64,000 nucleotides of DNA from a virus. The notes beneath the pieces were generated by a model. That model ran no database searches. It had not been told where the DNA came from and was given only the letters and a program-made list of their open reading frames with translations. Shown piece after piece: positions 1 to 10,400 of the stretch (within the stretch, counting starts at the first letter, position 1; each line of letters begins with the position of its first letter). Where the stretch lies: IMG/VR virus record IMGVR_UViG_3300008267_000780, positions 10,718-74,717 of that record; one strand, given 5' to 3'. The position numbers and the translations under genes were made by a program.

Positions 1-5
1 TTGAA

Positions 6-242
6 ATGTTAAAAATACTAAAGGAGTCAAAAATCTGTGATGGTATCCATATGTATGAAAATAATCCCGCAGTTGATGTATCCGATAAGGCTTATCAAAC
101 CGAAGTTTGGATTACTTTTTATCCTGAGCAGACCAAAGTTCTTCCGTTATATAAATTTACGGATTTTCTTCAAAACGGGAAAGAAATGGACAGAGGATGG
201 TTTACTAAATCACAATTTTTAAAAAGTGGAGGTACAATATGA
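6..242 (+). CDS. hypothetical protein (may be 5'-truncated); ends in KSGGTI
   Basis: 78-aa ORF coupled by ATGA overlap to the next gene; C-terminal xxGG tag. Confidence 0.6.
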   Translation: MLKILKESKICDGIHMYENNPAVDVSDKAYQTEVWITFYPEQTKVLPLYKFTDFLQNGKEMDRGWFTKSQFLKSGGTI

Positions 243-1573
243 ACATTGTTCAAGTAATGAAATTTGGGGGAGTTGATTTAAAATATTATAAAAATGCGGC
301 TGCACTTAATGGTAAAACGCTAAATAATGTTCAAATAGATGATGAGTGGGAGAATGCACAATATTATGCTTTAGAGGATTTCTATGCACTGCCGCCCGAA
401 CAAAAAATACCAATATTGATACAAATATCAAGAGTTTCGGGCAGTAAGATGTTTTTGGTTGGATTTTTTCAACACGAATTTCTTACAGCAAAAAATTATT
501 CGCGTGACGAAAATGTAAATTTAGAAATGATAATGAATCCTGTTGTCATTCCAAATTCGTATGGCTTTTACTACGAAGAAGAGGCGTATGATTTCTTTAT
601 GGACCTAAATGAGCGTTTTAATCAGCAGCAAACAGGCAATCCACCACCACAACCACCTGAAGAACAAAAAATTTTATTAGGCAGATTTGATATAAATTCT
701 GATAACATATTATACGTGTTTAGTTCTTCCATACAACCCGATGCGAGCGGTAACTTTATAGGAGAATATGTCACAACTTTAACGGATACAAATACGGCTT
801 CGACAAGTCCAAAATCTAAAGAGATAACTACGACTATTAATGGGGAAGAATATGATTTGTTGTTATTGTTTGACCAAGATTTTTCTGATAAAACATCTTT
901 GCCAATTCCTTCTACCTTTCCACAAGGAGGTGGTGGTCCGAAATCGCAAACTTGGTTTATTATTCCACTGAAAAACGATGGTACGGGTCACGGTACCCCA
1001 CCACCACAAATGCCTTCACAGGGCTCTCAAGGGTCACAGGGCTCTCAAGGGTCACAGGGCTCTCAAGGGTCACAGGGCTCTCAAGGTTCGGGTGGTTCAG
1101 GTGGTTCGGGTGGTTCAGGTGGCTCAGGCGGTTCAGGTGGCTCAGGTGGGTCAGGTGGTTCAGGCGGTTCAGGTGGCTCAGGCGGCTCAGGCGGCTCAGG
1201 CGGCTCAGGCGGCTCAGGCGGCTCAGGTGGCTCAGGTGGCTCAGGTGGCTCAAGTGGCTCAAGTGGTTCGCGAGGTGCAAGTACAGCGGGTTCAGCAGGA
1301 CGTGCAGGAACCTTAAATGGTGGTGGTGATGGTGGTGCTGTTTATGGTAGTACACAAACTTCAGACATACCTCTAATAGAAATGATTGCGGACAATCTGA
1401 ATAAAACGACAAACCAAGTACGTGGTCAATTAAGAACTGCGGGCTCTGCGATGATGTTCCTTGCATCAAATCCACAATCGGTTGAACCCATTAAACAAAA
1501 TTTAGGTTTATCGAATTCAAATATCTCGATGAATGAATTGGCAAAAAAAATAATTGAAAAAATAAGAGAATAA
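239..1573 (+). CDS. hypothetical protein with SQG/SGG low-complexity tract
   Basis: 444-aa ORF; MKFGG near the N-terminus; Gly-Ser repeat at about aa 260-345. Confidence 0.8.
   Translation: MNIVQVMKFGGVDLKYYKNAAALNGKTLNNVQIDDEWENAQYYALEDFYALPPEQKIPILIQISRVSGSKMFLVGFFQHEFLTAKNYSRDENVNLEMIMNPVVIPNSYGFYYEEEAYDFFMDLNERFNQQQTGNPPPQPPEEQKILLGRFDINSDNILYVFSSSIQPDASGNFIGEYVTTLTDTNTASTSPKSKEITTTINGEEYDLLLLFDQDFSDKTSLPIPSTFPQGGGGPKSQTWFIIPLKNDGTGHGTPPPQMPSQGSQGSQGSQGSQGSQGSQGSQGSGGSGGSGGSGGSGGSGGSGGSGGSGGSGGSGGSGGSGGSGGSGGSGGSGGSGGSSGSSGSRGASTAGSAGRAGTLNGGGDGGAVYGSTQTSDIPLIEMIADNLNKTTNQVRGQLRTAGSAMMFLASNPQSVEPIKQNLGLSNSNISMNELAKKIIEKIRE
1018..1270 (+). repeat. tandem 18-nt (tcacagggctctcaaggg) then 9-nt (ggYggYtca) repeats encoding (SQG)n(SGG)n
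   Basis: directly visible tandem repeat. Confidence 0.95.
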
Positions 1574-1578
1574 ATTAT

Positions 1579-2982
1579 ATGGCACAAAGAGGCACATTAG
1601 AATATTATCAGGACATTGTAAATGATACAACCAATCCTGAGTTAGTTAGAAATCAGGCACAAAAGCAAATTGACCGTTTGGCTTCAATTGGCTCTGCACA
1701 GGTTCAAACTGCGGCAACTACGGGCAATTTAGACCCTCAAATTCAAGCGGTCCTTAATGCGATGCAAGCGGCAGTAAATGCTTATGGGGGTAAATCAGCA
1801 AATCCACAGCAAATCAAACAAATTGTAGATGACGAAATTGCTAAAGCAAAAATCGATTTTTCTCAATTAAGCGATGGATTAAAGGCGATGCTTCAGTCTC
1901 AGACGAAAGTCGAATTGACTTTGCGTCAGATGGCTGCTGTGTCTACAAAAGTTGTAAGCAATGCCTTTATTAAGCGTCCACTTGTTCAAGATTTGTTATC
2001 CGACGTACAAGCGCGAAATAACGCTTATTTGTATGGAGGTGCGGGAACAGGAAAAACATATACTGCGGGTGAAATAGCAGATTTGTTGGATTGGGAATTA
2101 ATTACTTTGAACTGTAACCAATTTACTTCTCCGATTGATATTATAGGAGGTCAAACCATCGATGGATATCAAGAAGGTAAAGTCTCTATGGCTTGGGCAA
2201 ATGAAATCATTTCTCCTAATGGTGATAAAAGAAAAGTTTCAGGAGTTGTCTTATTGTTGGATGAGTTACCTAAACTTGACCCAAACACTGCAGGTTTGTT
2301 AAACGAAGCCTTGGCAAAAGTCAAAGATTTCAAATTTGATAAGGTTACAGGAGCAACAAAGCCACCAACAATTCTAAATGGTAGAAATGAAAAATTGGTT
2401 TTGGGTAACTTAATGGTTATTGCAACGGGTAACGTACCCTTGAATACTGTTGACCCTGATTACGAAGCGAACTTTAAACAGGATTTGTCTTTGCAAGACC
2501 GTTTTGTGGGAAGCACTTACAAAATTTTCGTGGATTATGAATACGAATTCAATTCTATTATGGAAGGATTTGCATTCATTTGGATTTACGGTACCAAATT
2601 ACGTGAAAAAATTATTTCACTGAATGCTACAGGGCAAGCGTTTGTTTCCATTCGTCTTATGATGAACCTGAAAGAAACTTACAAGGTTTATAGAGAGGTA
2701 GTCGATAAGAATAAGCAAAATGTTGGAAACCAAGCCTTTGATTTAATTACAGACCCTAAAACAGTCGTAGAGTCACTTGTTACTTTTTTGGATTTGTTCA
2801 AACCTGCAATCAAACAGGCAATTCAAGACGACCCAAATACCAATCTTGACAACTTCAAAATGGTCTTGGACGCAAAAAATAAAATGCCATATAATGCTAA
2901 AGCACCTGATTTTAACACTCAAGATGAAATTAACGAGGCAAATCGTATGATTACTGCATACGAGGCAAGCAAAAATTCATAA
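1579..2982 (+). CDS. MoxR/CbbQ/CobS-type AAA+ ATPase
   Basis: Walker A GGAGTGKT, Walker B LLLDE, ATGN sensor-1, QDLSLQDRF arginine-finger region. Confidence 0.85.
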   Translation: MAQRGTLEYYQDIVNDTTNPELVRNQAQKQIDRLASIGSAQVQTAATTGNLDPQIQAVLNAMQAAVNAYGGKSANPQQIKQIVDDEIAKAKIDFSQLSDGLKAMLQSQTKVELTLRQMAAVSTKVVSNAFIKRPLVQDLLSDVQARNNAYLYGGAGTGKTYTAGEIADLLDWELITLNCNQFTSPIDIIGGQTIDGYQEGKVSMAWANEIISPNGDKRKVSGVVLLLDELPKLDPNTAGLLNEALAKVKDFKFDKVTGATKPPTILNGRNEKLVLGNLMVIATGNVPLNTVDPDYEANFKQDLSLQDRFVGSTYKIFVDYEYEFNSIMEGFAFIWIYGTKLREKIISLNATGQAFVSIRLMMNLKETYKVYREVVDKNKQNVGNQAFDLITDPKTVVESLVTFLDLFKPAIKQAIQDDPNTNLDNFKMVLDAKNKMPYNAKAPDFNTQDEINEANRMITAYEASKNS

Positions 2983-2987
2983 TCTCT

Positions 2988-4658
2988 ATGGCTTTATTTG
3001 GTAATTGGTCGGGATATCCTATTGTTGGTTGGTCATTTGATGACCAAGAGAAGTTAATTGAAGCCATTAAAAAATTTAAGGATGATGGTCGTAGCACACC
3101 GACGGCTGCGGACTACGGTCAAAAAGAATATGATGAAGAAATTAGACGTTATAAACGGTTTTTTTATGATACAACCTTCAAAAAAGTTCTTTTTGATTTT
3201 GGTTTAAAATTCCAATTGGGAGGTTCAAAAGATAAATCGCGTATTATAACCACCGATAAACCTCAGGGTATTTTTGATTTTTCTTTGGCCTCAAAAGGCT
3301 TGTATAGGGTACCTGAATATTACTCAGAAAAGTTAGCAAAAGAAAAACCAAATAGGTTTGCTGAGTATGGTACACTCAGTGGTGTTGTGCCACCAAATTT
3401 TGTTCAACAAAGAAGCATTCTTGGTATTCGTCAATTTTACTTTATTGACGAAGACAAAATTGAGTACGTTTGTCAACAATATCAAAAAGGCACTGTTGCA
3501 ATTAAGGACAATGTAAAAGGCGCAAAATTGCAATTTGCAACCACTACAAAAAAAGTTTATTTGAAGTTTAAAAGGGTAGGTGGTAAAGTCAATTATGTTG
3601 AAATTTATTCTTTATTTTATTATACAAGTGTTTATGGAGCAGAGGGTTATGCGTTGAGACATTTACCTGCTATTATGGTTTGTCAATATTTTGAGAGTCT
3701 TGGAATTAAGTGTCGTTTTTATCCGACACGATTTGTTGTTTTTAGTTCAGACCATACCATAAGGGAAAAAGATTTGCTGACTGATGCAACTTTGCCTATG
3801 TATAATATTCGAAATTTTCTGACCGAGCCATATGATTATTTAACGGTACAACCATTTTTGGCAAAAGAATACGGTGAGGAGTTTGACCCCGCAATTGCTT
3901 TAGCAATTTCACAGGAAAGTTCAGGCACAATTTACACCAATGTTATTCAAGAAGCGCAAAAACAAGATTTGGTAGCCGATAACTATCCAACAGGAGGTAA
4001 TCCTGATTGGCAAGAAATTGATTACAGGGTTGGATTTGAGCGTTATAAAAATAAATATCAAGAATATGTCAAGGCAGGTATTTTTAAGGGTAAGGAAGTG
4101 AGACCCGAGGCACAAATACTGTTTCACTCAATGTCAATCAAATATTATCAGGATGTAATTCGTGATACAGCGCGAGATATTTGGGGGTCGCTTCAAATAG
4201 ATGAAATTATTACCCTTTCTCCATATTACGGTAAATTTATTGAATGGTGGATGAATTTTTGTGCAATGAAATTGCGGGATTATGTTCTATTGTTGAATAC
4301 AAAAGAACCACGAAAAGAAATGGAATATATTGCAAAAGAAATGAAAAACTTTTTGAGTGAATATGTTTATTATGTAAATAATAAAAATGTCACTTTTGGG
4401 GATACAGAATTTCGTGATAGGGTAATTTTTCGGTATATGGGGTCTATTTGCAATCAAGAATATTTAACATTAAACGATAATGTAAATAATGGTATTTTGG
4501 AAATTAATCCTGATATAAAAGGATATATAAGTAATTTAATAAACGACGTTGCTATTTATGCTGAAAATGAACCATTTCCTACGCCTGCAGAACAGATTGA
4601 AAAAATGGATTTATTAGCAGAAAATTTATATAATGAATTGGAAAGGGTAAACATATGA
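2988..4658 (+). CDS. putative AAA+ partner, possibly a degenerate vWA/CobT-like protein
   Basis: 556 aa directly after a MoxR-type ATPase; segment AIMVCQYFESLGIKCRFY resembles phage vWA-like partners; no clear MIDAS motif. Confidence 0.45.
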   Translation: MALFGNWSGYPIVGWSFDDQEKLIEAIKKFKDDGRSTPTAADYGQKEYDEEIRRYKRFFYDTTFKKVLFDFGLKFQLGGSKDKSRIITTDKPQGIFDFSLASKGLYRVPEYYSEKLAKEKPNRFAEYGTLSGVVPPNFVQQRSILGIRQFYFIDEDKIEYVCQQYQKGTVAIKDNVKGAKLQFATTTKKVYLKFKRVGGKVNYVEIYSLFYYTSVYGAEGYALRHLPAIMVCQYFESLGIKCRFYPTRFVVFSSDHTIREKDLLTDATLPMYNIRNFLTEPYDYLTVQPFLAKEYGEEFDPAIALAISQESSGTIYTNVIQEAQKQDLVADNYPTGGNPDWQEIDYRVGFERYKNKYQEYVKAGIFKGKEVRPEAQILFHSMSIKYYQDVIRDTARDIWGSLQIDEIITLSPYYGKFIEWWMNFCAMKLRDYVLLLNTKEPRKEMEYIAKEMKNFLSEYVYYVNNKNVTFGDTEFRDRVIFRYMGSICNQEYLTLNDNVNNGILEINPDIKGYISNLINDVAIYAENEPFPTPAEQIEKMDLLAENLYNELERVNI

Positions 4659-6019
4659 AAATAAGTCAAAGCGCGTTCAAAACGCTACAGGAAATACTAA
4701 AAAATTTACAAATTGCAAGCACCAATGGTGCCAAAGTTCAGAACCTTTTGGTTCTACAAAATCCAATTATTCCCGATACTTTTTTCATCAAGTATGACAT
4801 TGAATATATGTCAGCGGGTGAAAGAAAATTCGAGCCAAGGCTTACTCAAGTTGACGATGCGGGTCAGCCGATGGATATTAATGACCAATTTGATAACGTG
4901 TATCAGAGATACGCAAGTCCAAATTGGGGAGCCATCGAATATAAAGATGTTCCATCCTACAGCAAAACAAGTGTAGGGACTACGGGAGATGCGTATATAA
5001 TAAGACAATTTCTCAAACAGTTTTTTCCATTTATAAAAACATCTGTTAATAAATCAAGCCGCTCTGTCAGAGTTAAACTTCAAGAATTTCAGATAAATTT
5101 TATTTGGGAAGAAAATGGTACTCGGAAAAATTTTTTACTTGATGCCAAGCAATTGGACAATATTTTACAGCCCCTATTTGAAGGTCAAGGGTTTGACGGG
5201 ATGACAGATTCGTCTTATACAAAGCCTTTGCCGAAAATGTATAATGATGAGGGTTTTGAAGTGAGTTATGGGTACATATATTTATTTGTTGACCCTGAGA
5301 ATCTTAAAAATACTTACGAAGTAGGACTTGACGATTATACTATAACAAAAAAAGGAGTTCGGTCATATCGCTCTAAAGTGGCAAATGATGGTTCTCAATT
5401 GAGGTTTGAGATGCCTGAAAATACCTTTAATTTCATCAAAGGTTTTGCAGGTGCAAATAGTAATGCATCATCACAGACGACCAATCAAAGTGATTTAGTG
5501 ACTTTGGAAAGAGGTGAAGAAAATCAAAATATGACGGATAACGGAGAATCTTTAACGACTTTGGAACAAGAAATAATTGATTTTTTGGCAGACAAGAATT
5601 TGGGTGTGGAGTTGATTAGAATCCGTAATTTTTTCTTAGAGACTACAAATTATGTCGACAGTGATGTTAATCGTGCGATAAGTGATTTGCTTCAAAAAGA
5701 ATTAATCAATAATAACCAAAGTAGTAATAGTGGATTATTATATATTCTTACTCCAAAAGGTAAATCATATATTACACCAAAACAACCCTCTTTAGATAAT
5801 CAAAATGACCCTGACCAAATCGTATTTGATAGCAAAAATAAAAGTACATTGACAACAGGCGATATTGCTGCGATTGAGTTTATTACACAAAATTATACCA
5901 TTTTAAAAGATATGGAGAAAGAGTCTCCTGAATTATACAATGGTATTTCTGAGGGGTTAAGATTGATAATGAGCCTAACCAAAGACGGCACGGGTCAACT
6001 CGAGCCTTTCAAACCTTAG
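4655..6019 (+). CDS. polyvalent-type protein: LPD29-like domain plus winged HTH
   Basis: IRQFLKQFFPFIKTSV...GFDGMTD resembles LPD29; C-terminal LTTLEQEIIDFL...YILTPKGKSY is wHTH-like. Confidence 0.6.
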   Translation: MKISQSAFKTLQEILKNLQIASTNGAKVQNLLVLQNPIIPDTFFIKYDIEYMSAGERKFEPRLTQVDDAGQPMDINDQFDNVYQRYASPNWGAIEYKDVPSYSKTSVGTTGDAYIIRQFLKQFFPFIKTSVNKSSRSVRVKLQEFQINFIWEENGTRKNFLLDAKQLDNILQPLFEGQGFDGMTDSSYTKPLPKMYNDEGFEVSYGYIYLFVDPENLKNTYEVGLDDYTITKKGVRSYRSKVANDGSQLRFEMPENTFNFIKGFAGANSNASSQTTNQSDLVTLERGEENQNMTDNGESLTTLEQEIIDFLADKNLGVELIRIRNFFLETTNYVDSDVNRAISDLLQKELINNNQSSNSGLLYILTPKGKSYITPKQPSLDNQNDPDQIVFDSKNKSTLTTGDIAAIEFITQNYTILKDMEKESPELYNGISEGLRLIMSLTKDGTGQLEPFKP

Positions 6020-6024
6020 ATGAT

Positions 6025-7419
6025 TTGGAACTCAATGATGACGAATTAGGCGATGTTGATTTGACCGAATTCGATGAATTATCTGATTTTGTTGAGTCTG
6101 AATTAATGCCGAGTCCTTCACAAAATGACCGTCTTTATGCAATCTTGAAAACTGTGGAATTGATGCAGTTGACAGATAAATTAATTATTTCAACCAAGAA
6201 AATATTGGAATCAGTAAATTTCAATAATCAACAAAAGTACACTTTGCAAGAAATAGATGTTTTGGAAGACAACGGTTTTATGGAAAGGTCATCGATTGGT
6301 ATAACTCTTTCAACCAAGGGGCAAGACTTCATAAATGAATATGAATTAAAAAACAAACAAGTTCCCTCATCAATAATTTTAACTTTACCTGTTGATATTG
6401 AAAACTTGGATGCTCTTCAAAAGAATATTTTGATGATTTTGGATAAACCGCCTGCTCAAGGCAAAGGCACATTATATAATGAAATGGACCAATCTGAAAT
6501 ATGGGCAGAAGTCGACGAGACAATTGCAAATGAATATCTCAGAAATGATGTTAAATATGCATTGGATGTTTTGATTGGATTGAAATTGGTGACAGAATTA
6601 AATCACGTACCCGTAGAATATAGGTTGACCGATGATAAAAGAACAAGTGAAATTATAGCAAACATAAAAAATGAATTATCCCCGTTGACTCCAACAGTGG
6701 AAAAAATACTGCGAATTTTATACCGCTTCACGGGTAAATTATCCGCTGATAATATCAAAGATGATTTATCAAATATGAACATTATTCTTCCCCACAAAGC
6801 AATATTTAGTCGTTTAATTGCCTTGCGAGATAGGGGATTAGTTCGAGAAATTAATACATCTTATGGAGGTATTGTGTGGCAAATTACACCGTTAGGTAAC
6901 GAATATGTTGACAAACTACCAAAAGAAAAAACAGGCCGACAAATCAGAGAAGAAGAAAAACAAGCGAAAATTGAAAAAGACTTCGGTTCGCTTGACTATG
7001 ATTTTTACTTGGTTTTAAAAATTTTAAATGACACTATGGGGATGTTAACTGCAGGAACCGTAACAACAATTCTTCAACAGCAATTTAATAAAAAACCAAA
7101 GTGGGATGAATTTGCTGTTCTCTCCAAACTTCGTGGATTATTGTCGATGGGATTGGCTTTAGAAGATATTCAAAATTCAACTGAATATTTTGAAATCAGT
7201 GATTATGGAGAAGACGTTTTTAAATATTTGAGCGAACAGGAAAGCAAAGGATTATATCCAAAATCAAAACCAACAGAACAGACTGTTGCTGTGCGTCCAT
7301 CACCGACGGAAAGTGCAACCCTTAATTCTGTTGGGACCATTAAAAAAGGTAACGATGGAAACAATTGGGAAGTCAAAGAGAGTTCCAAAGGTGTAAAGCG
7401 TTGGGTAAAAATTAAATAA
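6025..7419 (+). CDS. multi-winged-helix protein with C-terminal RPSPTESAT..KKGNDGNNW..KRW motif; possibly the frameshifted continuation of the upstream ORF
   Basis: 3-4 wHTH-like repeats (ITLSTKG, YRLTDD, WQITPLG, FEISDYG); only a TTG start. Confidence 0.65.
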   Translation: MELNDDELGDVDLTEFDELSDFVESELMPSPSQNDRLYAILKTVELMQLTDKLIISTKKILESVNFNNQQKYTLQEIDVLEDNGFMERSSIGITLSTKGQDFINEYELKNKQVPSSIILTLPVDIENLDALQKNILMILDKPPAQGKGTLYNEMDQSEIWAEVDETIANEYLRNDVKYALDVLIGLKLVTELNHVPVEYRLTDDKRTSEIIANIKNELSPLTPTVEKILRILYRFTGKLSADNIKDDLSNMNIILPHKAIFSRLIALRDRGLVREINTSYGGIVWQITPLGNEYVDKLPKEKTGRQIREEEKQAKIEKDFGSLDYDFYLVLKILNDTMGMLTAGTVTTILQQQFNKKPKWDEFAVLSKLRGLLSMGLALEDIQNSTEYFEISDYGEDVFKYLSEQESKGLYPKSKPTEQTVAVRPSPTESATLNSVGTIKKGNDGNNWEVKESSKGVKRWVKIK

Positions 7420-7438
7420 ATAACAAAAAAATACGAAT

Positions 7439-10400
7439 ATGAATAATCAAGCAAAAATTAAACTTGAGAAAATAAAGAAACTGAAACTCCCTGAAAAAGT
7501 TAGGGCTACAGCGGACAAAATCGAACAAGGTTTGTCAAGTGCAGACGCGGCTACTCAAAAGAAGGCTGAAGATGCATTGAATAAACTTTATACGCAAATT
7601 AAAGCAGTCGCGGCCAAACAGCGTGAAGAAAAAACGGAAAAAGAAGTCAATGAAAAGACGATTGTTCCGCAGAATTCAGACATCGCGGCTCCTGAAGCCA
7701 AAAAAGAGTTGACAAAAAAAACGACTGTTGCAGATGACGTAATAGACAAGGCATTAAAAAACGACCCTGAACTTGCGGGATTTGGACGCTCTGATAAGCG
7801 TAGAGACGCAGGTAGAAAGGCTCTTCCCGCAGGAAGGCGTGTTGCACGAAAAGGATGGTCCAATCAGTTTGGTAAGTCGGACGGTGGTCGCGTTTATTAT
7901 GAAAACCGTGAAAATCGTAAAGACCGTAAAAGCCCTTCATACAAGTCAGGATACCCATACTTGGCAAAAGGGGGTAAAATTCACCCTATGGATGACGAAG
8001 ACGGAACTTTTTATGTAAACCTTTACAAAACCAAAGGAGACCAAATGATGTCAGTTGATGAGCGCGAATACAGTTCTAAAGCATCCGCTATGACCTACGC
8101 GATGATGAAGCGCGACTTTATGAAAGAGGGTGAAAGCATATTCGTGATGAATGATGACGGTGATGTGTTATACACATCTATAGGCACAAAAAAGATGGCT
8201 ATGGGTGGTAAATTCCCTTATCAAAACGCTCAAGTTGGTGACAGTGCTCGAGTTATTCTTGACAACAAAATGGGAACCATTATGGTCACATATGGTCGTC
8301 GTTTCCATTTAAAGTTTCCTGATGGTACGGAAAAGACTTATTCGGCTGAAGAATTGGAATTTTATCCTGATGATAATGTGATGGCCAAAGGTGGTGAATT
8401 GAAAAAAGGCGATAAAATTGTCGTGCTTGGTACGGAATTTGAATTTGTACGATATGAAATGGATTCAAGCCAAGGATATGACGAAGAACGTGTAATATTG
8501 AAAAATGAAAATGGTATTCGCTCTTATCCTAAAGATATGGTCGAAGCATATTCCCAATACGAAATGGCCAAAGGCGGCTATATGGCGAAAGGTGGTTCCG
8601 TATTAAAACCAATAAAAATTTTAATAAAAAACCTTGACGGCAAAATTGTGTATACAACTACAAGTAGTAACAAAGCCGCAGATTACTTAGTCCTTCACGA
8701 TAGAGATAATTTGACTGTAGAAACTGAAGATGGCGAAGTAATATTCGCAAATGGTCAATATATGGCCGATGGTGGATATATTCCGTATGATGGGGCAATG
8801 AATTCGTTTAGAGATTTTCAAGTTTATGTAAAACAACGAATTTCAGAATATCCTGAATTGAAGGAAGAAATTTTGGAGTTTTATTATCTTGCACAAAGTG
8901 AAATTGAAGAAGGGGGCTCTACGTATAGTGAAATAAGTAGAGGTTTTGAGGATATTGAAGACATAATTCGAGAACAAAAAATGGCCAAAGGTGGCTATAT
9001 GGCTGAGGGAGAAAACTATGAGTATGTAAATACGTTCAAGCGTTTTGATAGCAATGTGCCCGTTCCTGATGAGGATTTTAAAAAATTGGTGGATGCTTAT
9101 CACAAACAACTTTCGGGTGATAAACTTGCCGTTTCCAAGTATAAGGTTTTGAAACTTCAAATGGGCAACTATTTGGGTCATAAAACAGTTGAAGAAATGG
9201 AAGCGTACATTGAAAAAACCCACAATGCTCACAAAATGGCCAAAGGTGGCTATGTTGATATCGAAGCAAAATTAATCAAAGAATTGCAAAAATTACAACG
9301 CGATTTAAATAGCAACAGATTAAATACCTATAGAGAAGGAGATAATTCTGATGCCGAAAAGGCTCGACAGAGAGAGCGCGAATCTAAACTTGTTAGGTTC
9401 AATGAAATTTTAGAATTGCTTCGTGAAAACGACGCGAAGAAAATGGCCAAAGGTGGTACAATTAACAAACTCAAAGCCGATTCATACGCTTACGGTTTTA
9501 TGGAAGATTTTGATAAAACGAGAAGGATTGTCAAGATGAATTTTGGGGATGATACAAGAAAAGAATTTGAAAAAATAGTAAAGTCTAAGTTCTCTAAACA
9601 CAAAGTATTTGAAGATGGTGGCTATATGGCTGATGGTGGGGCAATCAAGGGGTCAAATCCATCAACGGGTGAAAAATTTGGGGTGGTAATAGGCTCATTA
9701 AAAAAAGAAGATGGACTTACAACTTTGACAATTCGGAGTAGTTATTCAGCAAGAATCAAATCGTATGAATTAACTTTTGATGAAAAAGGATTTTTAAGGT
9801 CGATTGGGGATTTTGGTCATACTATTGATGGAACTTACCCTGATATGAAGGGTGGTCATTTAAGTGTAAAAAATGTCGATGCTGACAACAAAAAAGAAAG
9901 TATAGACGCACTTGCCAAAATAACAAGCCCATCTTTTGCCAAAAAAGTTTATGATTATGTACAAGAAGAAAAAATGGCAAAAGGTGGACCAACGGGCGAT
10001 TACACCAATAGAAGGGACTTGAAATTAATCGTTATTAAAAACCCCAATAAGAGCGGGTCAAAGGATTATTTAACAATTGATAAAAAGGATTTCCTTGACG
10101 GGTTGCACAAATTTGAAGGTGGTGGTAGTTTGTCGAAAGGCTACACCTACATCAAAAGAGCCGATGTTAATCAAGTTGCCTATTACGATAAGAATGGCAA
10201 GACACAAATTGAGTTCAAACCTAAGAATGGATTTTGGGTGAGCAAAAAAGCACTTGTGGATGCGGGGATGAACGAAAGTAAAGCCGAACCTAAAAAGACA
10301 AGTTTAAATTTTGGCACTACATCAATGCGTAAAACATCAAGTGGTTGGATTGCCAAAAACAAGGTTTCTAATTATAAGGGTTACGATTGGGAAATCACTA

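Noticed and set aside
952-1475. Overlapping ORFs with RWLR/HLSR/AQA repeats
   Set aside because: Alternative-frame readings of the SQG/SGG tandem repeat.
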